IMG/VR virus record: IMGVR_UViG_3300012347_000217
Coordinates: 1 to 46,663 of that record
Length of the DNA stretch: 46,663 nucleotides
Strand: one strand, 5' to 3'
Origin: a virus
Lineage: Duplodnaviria; Heunggongvirae; Uroviricota; Caudoviricetes
The number at the start of each line of letters is the position of its first letter. Within the stretch, counting starts at the first letter, position 1. The notes beneath the pieces are model-generated. The model was not told the DNA's origin and did not search any database. It saw only the letters and a program-made list of their open reading frames with translations. This document shows positions 11,176 through 21,986 of the stretch, in pieces. A program made the translations under genes and the position numbers.

Positions 11176-11715
11176 TTAAAACCAGAGCCACAGTCCTTGT
11201 GATAGTAGGAATGAACCAATTCCACCAACAACGACAGATGCCCAAAACATTGGCATCGACACGGCTAAGATAGATGCAGACAGCAATACAATACTTAATT
11301 GGAATGCTGTACCAGCAAATGTCAACCACGGAGTATGCTTCTTAGCAGCATCACGGTCAGCTTCAAGTTTGTGAGCCTTGGCCATCAACTCCTTCTTACC
11401 CTCACCCTTTGCAGGATCAGATTCATAGCGGTCAATCTTCGCTTGCAACTGTTCCACACGCTTCTTATCTCCACGCACATACGCATCGTCCTGTTGACCT
11501 TCTGCAATAGATTGTTTGATAGACTTCGCCTGATAGAAGTTCCAAGTATCATTTGCCTTTATGGTATTTGTGAGAATAGATGAACTAAACCCATTACCGA
11601 TATAGGTATTAACGGCAAGCAAAGCAGCAACCACAGTGATGACCCATCCCGCTTTGTCTTTGATTTGTGCTTCTCTTTCGCTTCTACTAAGAGGCTTTTT
11701 AATTTCTTCTGTCAT
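11176..11715 (-). CDS. DUF4337-like membrane protein
   Basis: Two hydrophobic segments flanking a coiled coil; W..YQAKSIK motif. Confidence 0.75.
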   Translation of the reverse strand: MTEEIKKPLSRSEREAQIKDKAGWVITVVAALLAVNTYIGNGFSSSILTNTIKANDTWNFYQAKSIKQSIAEGQQDDAYVRGDKKRVEQLQAKIDRYESDPAKGEGKKELMAKAHKLEADRDAAKKHTPWLTFAGTAFQLSIVLLSASILAVSMPMFWASVVVGGIGSFLLSQGLWLWF

Positions 11716-11738
11716 AATTCACTCCTTTATTTACGTAT

Positions 11739-11888
11739 TTATTTGACGAATACCAGAACTTTCGCTATACCTACGATGACACCAATAATCAGCAACAAAA
11801 TTATTGCACTGAAAGTCATAACTAAACCTGCCGCAAGTATTACACTATATTCTAGTAATTTATCCCATTTCTTTTTTAATGTTGGCAT
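11739..11888 (-). CDS. Small membrane protein (MPTLKKKW...)
   Basis: Internal ATG coupled (TAATG) to the upstream stop; one long hydrophobic segment. Confidence 0.6.
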   Translation of the reverse strand: MPTLKKKWDKLLEYSVILAAGLVMTFSAIILLLIIGVIVGIAKVLVFVK

Positions 11889-12670
11889 TATCTTCCTGTC
11901 CAAACCTTTGGAGCAGCCTCTATTCTTCGTTGTTCTTCCGTTTTGGGTATCCAACCGTAACCTAATTGTGGATACTTACTGATTCTATCTTCTACTACCA
12001 TAGCAAAAAACATTCCAATAGAACTACAAAATAACAAAGCACCGATACCTATGGCCATTTCTGTTCTCAATTTCACGAGGCGTTTCTTCTTGCGTAATTT
12101 TTCAGCATGGTCACTTCTCATCTTTTTGGAGATAAGAACTCGTTGTGTTTCACCCATGTGTTTCATCATGGCTTCTACTTCTGTATACAGAGCACCTAAT
12201 TCAGGTGGTGACTGATACACCATAAGTTCACGTAGGTCGACCGACATTTGTTCAAGTTGCTTACGCATCAATACACGTTGCAACGCACGTTTACCCAAAG
12301 ATGCTTCACCAGTATAAACTTCATTTTCTGCTCGGCGTTCTTCCTCTTCCATGATAGCCAAGCACTTGTAGAAGTTGTCGTAGTAAGCACCTAGATGTTC
12401 ACCAATTTCACGGTAAATACCTTCATGCTCACCTGTGTTTGCTTTCTTGTTAAGCTCGACAACCTTATTCTTTTCTTGAATGAACTGGTTACGTTGTTCT
12501 ACTGTGGCTGGTTTTTCTGGTGGATGAAGCTTTTTAAACTGGTCGTCGAGATCCTTGAGTACGTCCTTGACCTCACCGGCCGCACCCTTGATATCCTTAT
12601 AGAGCTTGCATCCCGCTTTGACGGCAGACACCGCACCATTGGCTAAAGCAAATAGCGTTAACGGATCCAT
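11888..12670 (-). CDS. Hypothetical coiled-coil membrane protein
   Basis: 260-aa ORF with a C-terminal transmembrane segment. Confidence 0.8.
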   Translation of the reverse strand: MDPLTLFALANGAVSAVKAGCKLYKDIKGAAGEVKDVLKDLDDQFKKLHPPEKPATVEQRNQFIQEKNKVVELNKKANTGEHEGIYREIGEHLGAYYDNFYKCLAIMEEEERRAENEVYTGEASLGKRALQRVLMRKQLEQMSVDLRELMVYQSPPELGALYTEVEAMMKHMGETQRVLISKKMRSDHAEKLRKKKRLVKLRTEMAIGIGALLFCSSIGMFFAMVVEDRISKYPQLGYGWIPKTEEQRRIEAAPKVWTGR

Positions 12671-12807
12671 TAAAGACCTCGGGGAGTGTGTGGTTTCGTC
12701 GAATCAGTGACGTATGATATAGCCATAACAAAAAGTACCACCACAGGTGACTTTTTGAGCATTTTGTATTCCAGTATTGATATAGGTCAATGTTTAGTAT
12801 TTAGGTA

Positions 12808-12836
12808 TTGACACATATATAAAACTCGTGTATAAT
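12808..12836 (+). promoter_or_regulatory. sigma70 promoter for the DNA polymerase operon
   Basis: TTGACA-17 nt-TATAAT, perfect consensus. Confidence 0.9.
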
Positions 12837-12862
12837 AACAAAATCTATTTCTAGGAGAAAAT

Positions 12863-13174
12863 ATGTCGATTTTAGGTATGAAATTAGCAACTGGTGAAGA
12901 AATCATTGCTGATGTAACAAATTCTGGCGATAACCGCTTCAAATTAACAAATTCTGTGAAGATTAATCTGATTCCCTCCACAGTCCCCAATGCACCACCA
13001 TCCCTAGGTTTCGTACCATTCCCAGAGTATGCCGAAGAAGAAGGTCGTACTTTGGTTATCGAACCGTTGCATGTTGTGTATCATTACACACCAGAAGCTA
13101 ACCTGATTGCTAACTATCAAAAGATGGTCGCTGGTGAAACTTCTTCTGCAACCTCTCAACTCATCATGGGCTAA
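12863..13174 (+). CDS. Hypothetical protein (small beta-barrel-like)
   Basis: AGGAG ribosome-binding site; KLATGEEIIA pattern common in T4-like phages. Confidence 0.8.
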   Translation: MSILGMKLATGEEIIADVTNSGDNRFKLTNSVKINLIPSTVPNAPPSLGFVPFPEYAEEEGRTLVIEPLHVVYHYTPEANLIANYQKMVAGETSSATSQLIMG

Positions 13175-15703
13175 ATGAACAATAAATTTTATACGAACGT
13201 ACAAGCTGTCGGTAACAATATTCTTTATCGAGGTATTGTTGACGGTAAGCGAGTGAAGGCTAAGATTCCATATCAACCCTCACTGTTTGAAACTTCCAAG
13301 GTCGCAACAGAGTTTAAATCTCTGACCGGTGAATACCTACGTGAAATGCAATTCGATAAGATGAGTGATGCTCGTGCATACTCTCGTCAGTTCGAAGGTG
13401 TGTCTGGTAAAACCATCTATGGTAACACACGTTTCGAATACACTTATATTGCTGGCCAACACAAACGAATGATTGATTGGGACTTCACGCAAGTCTCGAT
13501 TGGTATCATTGATATTGAGGTTGGTTCAGAGAACGGCTTCCCTGATCCATACAAAGCTGAACAACCAGTGACTGCGATTGCTCTCAAGTATATCGGCGGT
13601 CATATGTTCGTTTTCGGTTGCGGTGACTATGTGACCAAAGGTAAAGAACGTTACATGAAGTGTAATGATGAAGCACATCTACTCAAGATGTTCCTCAAAC
13701 TATGGAATGAAAAGTGTCCTGATGCCTTGACTGGCTGGAACACCAAGTTCTTCGACGTACCATATCTTGTTAACCGTATTCGTAAGATTCTCGGTGAAGA
13801 TGAAGTCAAGAAGTTGTCACCATGGGGCATGATTAAAGAACGTAAGACTCACGTAATGAACCGTGAGCAGATTGTGTATGAACTCGTCGGTGTTGGTGAC
13901 TTAGATTACCTTGAACTGTACAAGTGGTATTCACCTAACGGTAAGTCACAAGAATCATACAAGCTGGACAACATTGCAAACGTCGAACTCGGTAAGAAGA
14001 AGTTGTCTTATGATGACTACGATAACTTGCATGATTTGTACAAGCGTAACTTCCAACTCTTTATTGAATACAACATCGTTGACGTTGAATTGATTGAAGA
14101 AATGGATGACAAGTTGAAGTTGCTTGAATTGGCACTTACCTTGGCTTATGATACGAAGACAAACTATGATGACGTATTCGCACAGACACGTATGTGGGAT
14201 GCACTGACTTATAACTACTTGATGAACCAGAACATCATTGTTCCACCAAAAGTCATTCAAGAGAAGTCTGATGCTTTCGAAGGTGCTTATGTGAAAGAAC
14301 CACAAGTTGGTCTACACAACTGGGTTGCATCATTTGACTTGAACTCATTGTATCCTCACTTGATGATGCAGTACAACATTTCACCAGAAACACTGATTGA
14401 ACCTAGAAACTACACAGATAAGATGCGTAGTGTTCTTTCCCAAGGTGTCTCTGTCGAAAGCATGTTGAACAAGAGAGTTGATTTAGATGGACTCGAAGAT
14501 GTGACATTGACTCCTAATGGTCAATTCTTCCGTACTGATGTGCAAGGCTTCTTACCTAAGATGATGGTCGAAATGTATGAAGACCGTAAGAAGTTCAAGA
14601 AGATGATGTTGCAAGCACAACAAGAGTATGAAGATGAGAAAGATGAATCGAAGAAATATGAAATTGAAAAGCGTGTTGCTCGATTTAATAATCTGCAACT
14701 GGCGAAGAAGGTTTCACTCAATAGTGCTTACGGTGCTCTTGGTAGCCAGTATTTTAGGTTTTATGACCTACGAATGGCTCTTGGTGTTACTACTGCTGGT
14801 CAGTTGTCTATCAGGTGGATTGAAGCAAAGATTAACCAATGGATGAACAAAGTTCTCGGTGGTGAAAATACTGACTATGTTATTGCATCTGACACCGATT
14901 CAATCTATCTTCGCATGGGTGAGTTGGTCGACAAGTTTATCAAAGACCAAACTGATAAGCAGAAGGTCATTGCTTTGATGGATCAAATCTGTAAAGATAA
15001 GATTGAGCCACATATCAATAAGTCTTACCAAGAACTTGCCGACTATGTACATGCTTATGCACAGAAGATGCAGATGAAGCGAGAAGGTCTTTCTGACAAA
15101 GGTGTTTGGACTGCCAAGAAGCGTTATATTCTAAACGTATATAACAACGAAGGTGTACAGTATGCTGAACCCCACATGAAGGTCATGGGTCTAGAAATGA
15201 TTAAGTCATCTACACCATCGGCTATCCGTGAGAGAATGAAAGCAACAGTTCAGTTGATGATGACTGGTACAGAAACAGAAGTCCAAGACTACATCGCTAA
15301 CTTTCGTGCTGAGTTCAAGAAGTTGCCACCAGAAGATATCTCGTTCCCACGTGGTGTCAATGGTATCAGAGAATATGGTAACAAGACACACATTTACATC
15401 AAGGGTACTCCAATCCATGTAAAAGGTGCTCTACTATATAATAACTATCTACAAGAAAAAGGTTTGACGAACAAGTATCCTGTTATACAGGATGGTGAAA
15501 AGATTAAGTTCTCTTACCTCAAACGACCAAACCCACTTAAAGACACAGTTATTTCTTTCCCTGGCAGATTGCCACCAGAATTCGAAATCAATGGTTATAT
15601 TGACTATGATATGCAATTTGATAAAGCATTCTTGGAACCAATCAAAAACATCTTGGATTGCATGAACTGGAGCACTGAAAAAGTAAACACTCTTTTCGAC
15701 TAA
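13175..15703 (+). CDS. 43: Family B DNA polymerase (T4 gp43)
   Basis: DIEV exonuclease, DLNSLYP, KVSLNSAYG, SDTDS motifs. Confidence 0.98.
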   Translation: MNNKFYTNVQAVGNNILYRGIVDGKRVKAKIPYQPSLFETSKVATEFKSLTGEYLREMQFDKMSDARAYSRQFEGVSGKTIYGNTRFEYTYIAGQHKRMIDWDFTQVSIGIIDIEVGSENGFPDPYKAEQPVTAIALKYIGGHMFVFGCGDYVTKGKERYMKCNDEAHLLKMFLKLWNEKCPDALTGWNTKFFDVPYLVNRIRKILGEDEVKKLSPWGMIKERKTHVMNREQIVYELVGVGDLDYLELYKWYSPNGKSQESYKLDNIANVELGKKKLSYDDYDNLHDLYKRNFQLFIEYNIVDVELIEEMDDKLKLLELALTLAYDTKTNYDDVFAQTRMWDALTYNYLMNQNIIVPPKVIQEKSDAFEGAYVKEPQVGLHNWVASFDLNSLYPHLMMQYNISPETLIEPRNYTDKMRSVLSQGVSVESMLNKRVDLDGLEDVTLTPNGQFFRTDVQGFLPKMMVEMYEDRKKFKKMMLQAQQEYEDEKDESKKYEIEKRVARFNNLQLAKKVSLNSAYGALGSQYFRFYDLRMALGVTTAGQLSIRWIEAKINQWMNKVLGGENTDYVIASDTDSIYLRMGELVDKFIKDQTDKQKVIALMDQICKDKIEPHINKSYQELADYVHAYAQKMQMKREGLSDKGVWTAKKRYILNVYNNEGVQYAEPHMKVMGLEMIKSSTPSAIRERMKATVQLMMTGTETEVQDYIANFRAEFKKLPPEDISFPRGVNGIREYGNKTHIYIKGTPIHVKGALLYNNYLQEKGLTNKYPVIQDGEKIKFSYLKRPNPLKDTVISFPGRLPPEFEINGYIDYDMQFDKAFLEPIKNILDCMNWSTEKVNTLFD

Positions 15704-15704
15704 A

Positions 15705-16481
15705 ATGTTCAAACTACTAACCTATCTTACCGCATTAGCCCTCTCAGGTATTGCGGAATACTTCTCAATTATTGGTCTAGCAACCATCTTTCCAGGTGCC
15801 TTCTGGCCTGTGGTGATTATGGGTTCAACACTTGGTGTAGCGAAACTTGTCACTGCATCTTGGTTGAAAATAAATTGGCATCATGCACCTAGATTGTTGA
15901 AGTATTACCTGACAACTGCTGTCTTGGTTCTGATGCTGATTACCTCTATGGGTATCTTTGGCTTCCTTTCTAAAGCACACATTGATTCTACGATTGATTC
16001 GGGAATGAATACATCAGAACTGAAAACTCTGACGATGCAGGAAAAGATTGCCAAAGATAGATTGGAATACTTACTTGCAAGAGCAAAGGATCCATCGACC
16101 GCATCGAACAGGTTGGATAAACAAATACAAGAGACACAGAAAGAGTTGCGTGATATCTCACAGAAGAAACTTCCATTACTGAGGGAAGAAACCAAATTGG
16201 TTGCTGAGATTGGTCCAATTAAATATGTGGCCGAACTAATTTATGATGAGAGTGATGACAGTGTAGCCAAAGCGGTTAGACTGGTGATTATGATTATTAT
16301 GTTTGCCTTTGACCCATTGGCTGTGCTATTATTGATAGCAGCAAACTTAACACCGCAAAAGAAAGTTGTGGTTGTAGAAGAAAAAGTCTATGTGCCAGAA
16401 GCAGACGTAGTAGAAATAACTAAAGAAAACTTATATGAAGTGGAAGAGGATACTCACCACGTGGACACGAAGCGACATTAA
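15705..16481 (+). CDS. Hypothetical membrane protein with a coiled coil
   Basis: Several transmembrane segments; 258 aa. Confidence 0.8.
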   Translation: MFKLLTYLTALALSGIAEYFSIIGLATIFPGAFWPVVIMGSTLGVAKLVTASWLKINWHHAPRLLKYYLTTAVLVLMLITSMGIFGFLSKAHIDSTIDSGMNTSELKTLTMQEKIAKDRLEYLLARAKDPSTASNRLDKQIQETQKELRDISQKKLPLLREETKLVAEIGPIKYVAELIYDESDDSVAKAVRLVIMIIMFAFDPLAVLLLIAANLTPQKKVVVVEEKVYVPEADVVEITKENLYEVEEDTHHVDTKRH

Positions 16482-16495
16482 CATACGGAGAATAT

Positions 16496-17548
16496 ATGAG
16501 CATTTTGGATAAAATTAAGAAAAACAGTAGCATCAAAGAATCGGCCATCTTGGCCAAATCGAAGTTCTTTACAAATAAGGATATGATTCCAACATCAATT
16601 CCTATCATTAACGTAGCACTGTCTGGTAAATTGACCGGTGGATTGACACCGGGTCTTACAATGTGGGCAGGCCCATCAAAACACTTTAAGACAGCATTCT
16701 CTTTGTTGATGGCAAAGTCCTATTTGGACAAGTATCCAGAAGCAGCATTGTTGTTCTATGATTCTGAGTTTGGTACACCACAATCATACTTCGATTCGTT
16801 TGGTATTGATACTGAACGAGTACTTCACACTCCCATCACGGATATCGAACAGCTAAAGTTTGACGTTATGCAACAACTTGCACAGTTGGAACGTACTGAC
16901 AAACTCATTATCATTATCGACTCTATCGGTAACTTGGCTTCCAAGAAGGAAGTTGATGATGCACTTGAAGGCAAATCAGTTGCTGATATGTCACGTGCTA
17001 AACAAATCAAGTCTTTGTTCCGTATGGTAACACCACATTTGGCTATCAAAGATATTCCTATGATTGTTGTTAACCACACATACAAGACAATGGAAATGTA
17101 TGCTAAAGATGTGGTTGGCGGCGGCACAGGTTCTTACTACTCAGCCGATAACATTTTCATCTTGGGTCGCCAGCAAGAAAAAGAAGGTACAGAAGTTACC
17201 GGTTACAATTTTATTATCAACGTTGAGAAGTCTCGCTATGTTCGTGAAAAGTCTAAAATTCCTGTCACAGTTTTGCATGATGGTGGCATTAACAAGTGGT
17301 CTGGTCTACTTGCTGTTGCACTCGAATCAGGACACGTTATCAAGCCTAGCAATGGTTGGTATTCAAAAGTAGATATCGAAACTGGTGAAGTTGAAGAAAA
17401 GAAGTATCGTGAAAAAGATACTGACACTAAAGACTTCTGGATTCCAATTCTGAAGCAACAAAGCTTTAACGATTTCATTGAGAACAAATACTGTGTAGCT
17501 CACGGGGATATCATGCAAGAGGAGATTGACGATGAGACAGTTGAGTGA
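16496..17548 (+). CDS. uvsX: UvsX RecA-like recombinase
   Basis: GPSKHFKT Walker A, DSIGNLASKKE, GGTG motifs. Confidence 0.97.
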   Translation: MSILDKIKKNSSIKESAILAKSKFFTNKDMIPTSIPIINVALSGKLTGGLTPGLTMWAGPSKHFKTAFSLLMAKSYLDKYPEAALLFYDSEFGTPQSYFDSFGIDTERVLHTPITDIEQLKFDVMQQLAQLERTDKLIIIIDSIGNLASKKEVDDALEGKSVADMSRAKQIKSLFRMVTPHLAIKDIPMIVVNHTYKTMEMYAKDVVGGGTGSYYSADNIFILGRQQEKEGTEVTGYNFIINVEKSRYVREKSKIPVTVLHDGGINKWSGLLAVALESGHVIKPSNGWYSKVDIETGEVEEKKYREKDTDTKDFWIPILKQQSFNDFIENKYCVAHGDIMQEEIDDETVE

Positions 17549-17864
17549 AGGTAAAGAATGGGAATATATTATTCCCGATGACAAAGGCACCACAATCCAC
17601 CTAAAACTCCTAGGTGGAGACTATGCTGATACTGTATATCAATATGGCAAAGTTAAGTTTGATGAGTCTGAAAATGGTGACGTTTATCTACAATTCGTGT
17701 ATAATATCATAGAGACACCTTTGAACACTAAAGAACTTGAAGCCAGCCAGGACTTTAAGAACTATATCGGTGACATTCTCGTTAACATTATGAGTAAGAA
17801 TATTGAAGAAGGAAATATTGATGAGATTGGAACAGACTATTCTGAGGAATCTGATAAAGAATGA
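17526..17864 (+). CDS. Hypothetical protein at the T4 gene 40 position
   Basis: Lies between uvsX and 41; identity inferred from synteny only. Confidence 0.7.
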   Translation: MTMRQLSEGKEWEYIIPDDKGTTIHLKLLGGDYADTVYQYGKVKFDESENGDVYLQFVYNIIETPLNTKELEASQDFKNYIGDILVNIMSKNIEEGNIDEIGTDYSEESDKE

Positions 17865-19227
17865 AGATTATCTACGTAAGGTCCTCCCCTTTATCAAGGA
17901 AGAGTATTTCACGGACCGCACTGACAGAACAATCTTCTCCGAGATTGTCTCTTTCGCAGACAAATACAATGGCCCTCCAACGGTTGAAGCTATTAACATT
18001 GCGATTGGAGAGAAACGGAATCTTACATCGGAAGAACTCGCTAGTTGTTTTGAATCAACTAAAGAGATTGCATTGCCCTCAGATGAACTCCCAAAGATTG
18101 AGTGGCTCGTCGACAAGACCGAAAAGTTTTGCCAAGAGAAAGCTATCTACAATGCTGTATTGGGTTCCATTTCGATTCTAGATGGTAAAGACCCGACTAA
18201 CGACAAGGGTTCTATTCCCAAGTTGTTGTCTGATGCCTTGGCAATCTCTTTCGATAGTTCTGTTGGTCACGATTACTTAGAAGACTTTGCAGAACGGTTC
18301 GACTTCTACCATCGTGTCGAAGAACGCATTCCGTTTGACCTTGACTACTTCAACAAAATCACTAAAGGTGGTTTACCCAAGAAGACATTGAACATTGCAC
18401 TTGCTGGTACAGGTGTCGGTAAGTCCCTGTTCATGTGTCACGTTGCCGCTGGTTGTATGTCCCAAGGCAAGAATGTCTTGTACATCACAATGGAAATGGC
18501 AGAAGAAAAGATTGCTGAACGTATTGATGCTAACTTGTTGAATGTGGCCGTCGATGATTTGGCTTCACTGTCTCGTGATATGTATGACAAGAAAGTTAAC
18601 CGTATCAAAGAAATGACTACAGGTAAATTGATTGTCAAAGAATATCCAACAGCATCAGCATCTGCAACACATTTCAGGACATTGTTAAATGAACTCAACC
18701 TTAAAAAGAACTTTGTACCTGATATTATTTTTATTGATTATCTCAACATCTGTTGTTCTTCTCGTATCAAAGCCGGAGCCAACGTCAATTCCTACACATA
18801 TGTCAAGGCAATTGCCGAAGAATTGCGAGGTCTTGCAGTTGAAGCAGGAGTACCAATTGTATCTGCTACTCAAACAACAAGAAGTGGTTTTACAAGTTCC
18901 GACCCAGGACTCGAAGACACCAGTGAATCTTTTGGTTTGCCTGCGACCGCTGACTTGATGTTTGCACTCATTTCTTCCGAAGAACTCGAAGCAATGGGCC
19001 AGATTATGGTGAAACAGTTGAAGAATCGTTATTCTGATCCTACACACCACAAACGATTCGTCTTGGGTGTTGACCGTTCTAAGATGAAACTGTATGATGT
19101 TGAACAAGATGCACAAGTCGGTATTTCGGATGCTGGAAGCGGCTATGCACAGAAAGCACCACAACAATTCCAAAAGCCAACTGAGTTTGGCCAGAAGAAG
19201 AAAGATTTCGGAGGGTTTAAAGTATAA
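17821..19227 (+). CDS. 41: Replicative DnaB-like helicase (T4 gp41)
   Basis: AGTGVGKS, IDYL, SESFGLPATAD, KNRY motifs; start taken at MRLEQ. Confidence 0.97.
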   Translation: MRLEQTILRNLIKNEDYLRKVLPFIKEEYFTDRTDRTIFSEIVSFADKYNGPPTVEAINIAIGEKRNLTSEELASCFESTKEIALPSDELPKIEWLVDKTEKFCQEKAIYNAVLGSISILDGKDPTNDKGSIPKLLSDALAISFDSSVGHDYLEDFAERFDFYHRVEERIPFDLDYFNKITKGGLPKKTLNIALAGTGVGKSLFMCHVAAGCMSQGKNVLYITMEMAEEKIAERIDANLLNVAVDDLASLSRDMYDKKVNRIKEMTTGKLIVKEYPTASASATHFRTLLNELNLKKNFVPDIIFIDYLNICCSSRIKAGANVNSYTYVKAIAEELRGLAVEAGVPIVSATQTTRSGFTSSDPGLEDTSESFGLPATADLMFALISSEELEAMGQIMVKQLKNRYSDPTHHKRFVLGVDRSKMKLYDVEQDAQVGISDAGSGYAQKAPQQFQKPTEFGQKKKDFGGFKV

Positions 19228-19523
19228 TGGACATTAAAAGCATTTTAGGTGAGTATGACTCGGCAGATGACTTTGGCTTCTCAGCCATTTCAGAGGCAGA
19301 TTATAACTCGAAACTGAAGCAAGCAGTATCTCAAGCAGAATATGATGCATCTTCACTTACTGCGGATGAATACCAAAAACGTTTATCTGATGTTGAAAAG
19401 TTGATTATCCCCTTCCTGTCACAGATGTTGAAGACTGCGGATAAAGAATACATCTATTGGCCAAATCGTAAGCCAATCATTGAAGCGCAGATTGAAAAGA
19501 TTTTGAAGTTGACACGGAGATAA
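19227..19523 (+). CDS. Hypothetical protein
   Basis: 98-aa ORF coupled to 41; DDFGFSA and YIYWPNR motifs. Confidence 0.8.
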   Translation: MDIKSILGEYDSADDFGFSAISEADYNSKLKQAVSQAEYDASSLTADEYQKRLSDVEKLIIPFLSQMLKTADKEYIYWPNRKPIIEAQIEKILKLTRR

Positions 19524-19524
19524 A

Positions 19525-20256
19525 ATGAAACCATTAGTAACAATCATCACACCAACGACCGGTAATAAACAGCTATATCGTGCTGTCTTGTCGGTCGAAG
19601 AACAAACGTATGATAACATTCAACATTTGGTTGTGATTGATGGACCAGACGGTGCTCGTTCCGCACACGAAATCTTAGAAGGTTCACAAGCAGATATCAT
19701 TGAGCTTCCTTACGCAACAGGTAAAGACCAATACAACGGTCACCGCATCTATGGTGCTATGACCTTTGTGGCTAAGGGTGACTATCTAATCTTCTTGGAC
19801 GAAGACAATTGGTTTGAACCAGACCACGTAGAGAAGTTGGTGGAACAGATTCAGGCTGGTAACCAATGGGCATATTCTCTACGTAAGATTGTTGACCAAG
19901 ACGGAACATACATCTGTAATGATGACTGTGAATCTCTCGGTAAATGGACTTCTATTATCAATGACAACTTCATTGACCTGAATTGCTTTATGATTCACAA
20001 GAAAGATGCCTTGCATTTTGCTCCTCTCTGGTATCGTCGTGCTAGACATCCGGCTGACCAACCAGAAGTTGACCGTTTGTTGTCAGCATTTATGATGCAG
20101 AACTTCCAACGCTTCGATACGACTGGACTATATACAGTAAACTACCGTGTAGCAGCACGTGCTGACTCGGTACAAGATGTATTCTTCATTCGAGGTAATG
20201 AATCTATGAAATTGAAAATGAACGGTGAATATCCATGGCGCAGCAAAAAGATTTAA
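19525..20256 (+). CDS. Glycosyltransferase family 2
   Basis: VTIITPT, VVIDG, FLDED DxD motif. Confidence 0.88.
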   Translation: MKPLVTIITPTTGNKQLYRAVLSVEEQTYDNIQHLVVIDGPDGARSAHEILEGSQADIIELPYATGKDQYNGHRIYGAMTFVAKGDYLIFLDEDNWFEPDHVEKLVEQIQAGNQWAYSLRKIVDQDGTYICNDDCESLGKWTSIINDNFIDLNCFMIHKKDALHFAPLWYRRARHPADQPEVDRLLSAFMMQNFQRFDTTGLYTVNYRVAARADSVQDVFFIRGNESMKLKMNGEYPWRSKKI

Positions 20257-21134
20257 TTATTGGAGCCTTCTCCAACTACACTGAATATGACGTACTCAAA
20301 CCTTGGGTACAGTCAATCAAAGATACTGGTTTTTCTGGTGATATCGTACTGATTGCAGTCGATGCTGGTCAAGAAATTATGCAGAGACTTGTAAAAGAAG
20401 GTGTGTTTGTCATTCAACATAAGAATGTCAACAATGAGCGTATTCATATGCTTCGCTTCTTGCACATCTACAACTACCTCAAACGTAACCAATTTAAATA
20501 TCGTTATGTTATTACGACTGATGTTCGTGATGTGGTCTTTCAATTAAATCCATCACACTATTTGGAAAAGCAAGAGAATTTCCCATATCAGAAAGACTTG
20601 TTGATTCAGTCAGAAGCAATTCTGATTAAAGATGAAAAGTGGAACCGTGACAACATTATCAAAAACTTCGGCGAGTACTTCTACAATGATGTTAAAGATA
20701 GTCCTGTTTATAACGTTGGCATTTTGGCTGGAGAACCTGATTGGGTTCGTGATGCGTGTTTCAACATTTATCAGTTATCATTAAATCGTCCTGATTGGGT
20801 TGCAGACCAAGCTGCCTTCAACGTGATGGTAAATTATCATCCTTGGGTAGACCACATTCATTGTGCCAATCTCGATTCAGCATGGGCCCTCAATGCACAC
20901 GTAACTAATAAGCCTGACCAGTTGCATGAATTTGGTCCGTATTTATTAGAAGAACGACCTCACATGGATTCTGATGGTTTGGTCAAGAATGCCAAAGGTG
21001 TTCCTTTCGTAATTTTGCACCAATATGACCGTGTACCTGAATGGACCGAATATATTTCCAAAAAATATGGAATAATTGATCCGGTTCCAAGCGAAACCGC
21101 TAATGCGCCTAAATACTTCACTTACAAAACGTAA
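20235..21134 (+). CDS. GT-A fold glycosyltransferase-like protein
   Basis: TDVRDV DxxD, NVG, DQAAFN, HQYDR motifs. Confidence 0.75.
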   Translation: MAQQKDLIIGAFSNYTEYDVLKPWVQSIKDTGFSGDIVLIAVDAGQEIMQRLVKEGVFVIQHKNVNNERIHMLRFLHIYNYLKRNQFKYRYVITTDVRDVVFQLNPSHYLEKQENFPYQKDLLIQSEAILIKDEKWNRDNIIKNFGEYFYNDVKDSPVYNVGILAGEPDWVRDACFNIYQLSLNRPDWVADQAAFNVMVNYHPWVDHIHCANLDSAWALNAHVTNKPDQLHEFGPYLLEERPHMDSDGLVKNAKGVPFVILHQYDRVPEWTEYISKKYGIIDPVPSETANAPKYFTYKT

Positions 21135-21137
21135 ATT

Positions 21138-21145
21138 TATAAATA
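21138..21145 (+). promoter_or_regulatory. T4 late promoter consensus
   Basis: Exact TATAAATA upstream of 21153. Confidence 0.5.
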
Positions 21146-21152
21146 TGGGACT

Positions 21153-21986
21153 TTGAATATGAGTAAAATTTCTATTGTCACCGCTTTCTTTGATATTGGT
21201 CGAGGTAACTGGACTACATCAACAGAAAAGAACGGTGGACCACTTCCACACTATCTACAACGTTCAGTAGATAAGTACATTGACCACTTCTCTCGTATGT
21301 GTGAGATTGATACTGAGGTCATTGTTTACACATCACCTGATTTAGCACCACGCTTGGCCGCTATCTCTCCTAAGGTTAAGGTTGTCGAATATGATTACTT
21401 TAACATTCACCAAGAACTCCGTGATAAGATTGAAAAGATTCAGTCGTCACCAGAGTTTATCAAACGCATTAATCCATATCAAGTTCGTAATCCAGAATAT
21501 TGGTCGAAAGACTATGTTGGTGTCACATCACTCAAGGCATTCTTTGTTAAAGATGCTTTTGAACGTGGTCTGATTACTAATGAATGGGCATCATGGGTAG
21601 ATTTCGGTTACTGTCGTGATGATGACCATGTTCCAGCTTCTAAGAAGTGGGAGTATGACTTCACACCAGACAAGATGCACTTCTTTAACTTCATTGAACC
21701 TTCACGCAACCCACAACAAGATATCACTATCGCAGTGTTGAATAATGTTGTCTACATCATTGGTGGTGTTTTCGTTGCACAGAAAGCTCAATGGGATATG
21801 TTGGAAACTTCTATGCATCAAGCATTGCAGTATCTGATGTTGCAGGAACTTGTTGATGATGACCAAGGCTTGTTGTTAATGTCATACTTCCAAAATCCAG
21901 ATAATTATGAATTGCATAAAATGGATCCAAATGCTCCAGTCGAAGATGTGCGTTCTATCTTGAGAAAGTTTAATACACATGAGTAA
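21153..21986 (+). CDS. HtrL/YibB (WlaTC)-family glycosyltransferase-like protein
   Basis: IVTAFFDIGRGNW, PEY, WVDFG, DDDQ motifs. Confidence 0.85.
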   Translation: MNMSKISIVTAFFDIGRGNWTTSTEKNGGPLPHYLQRSVDKYIDHFSRMCEIDTEVIVYTSPDLAPRLAAISPKVKVVEYDYFNIHQELRDKIEKIQSSPEFIKRINPYQVRNPEYWSKDYVGVTSLKAFFVKDAFERGLITNEWASWVDFGYCRDDDHVPASKKWEYDFTPDKMHFFNFIEPSRNPQQDITIAVLNNVVYIIGGVFVAQKAQWDMLETSMHQALQYLMLQELVDDDQGLLLMSYFQNPDNYELHKMDPNAPVEDVRSILRKFNTHE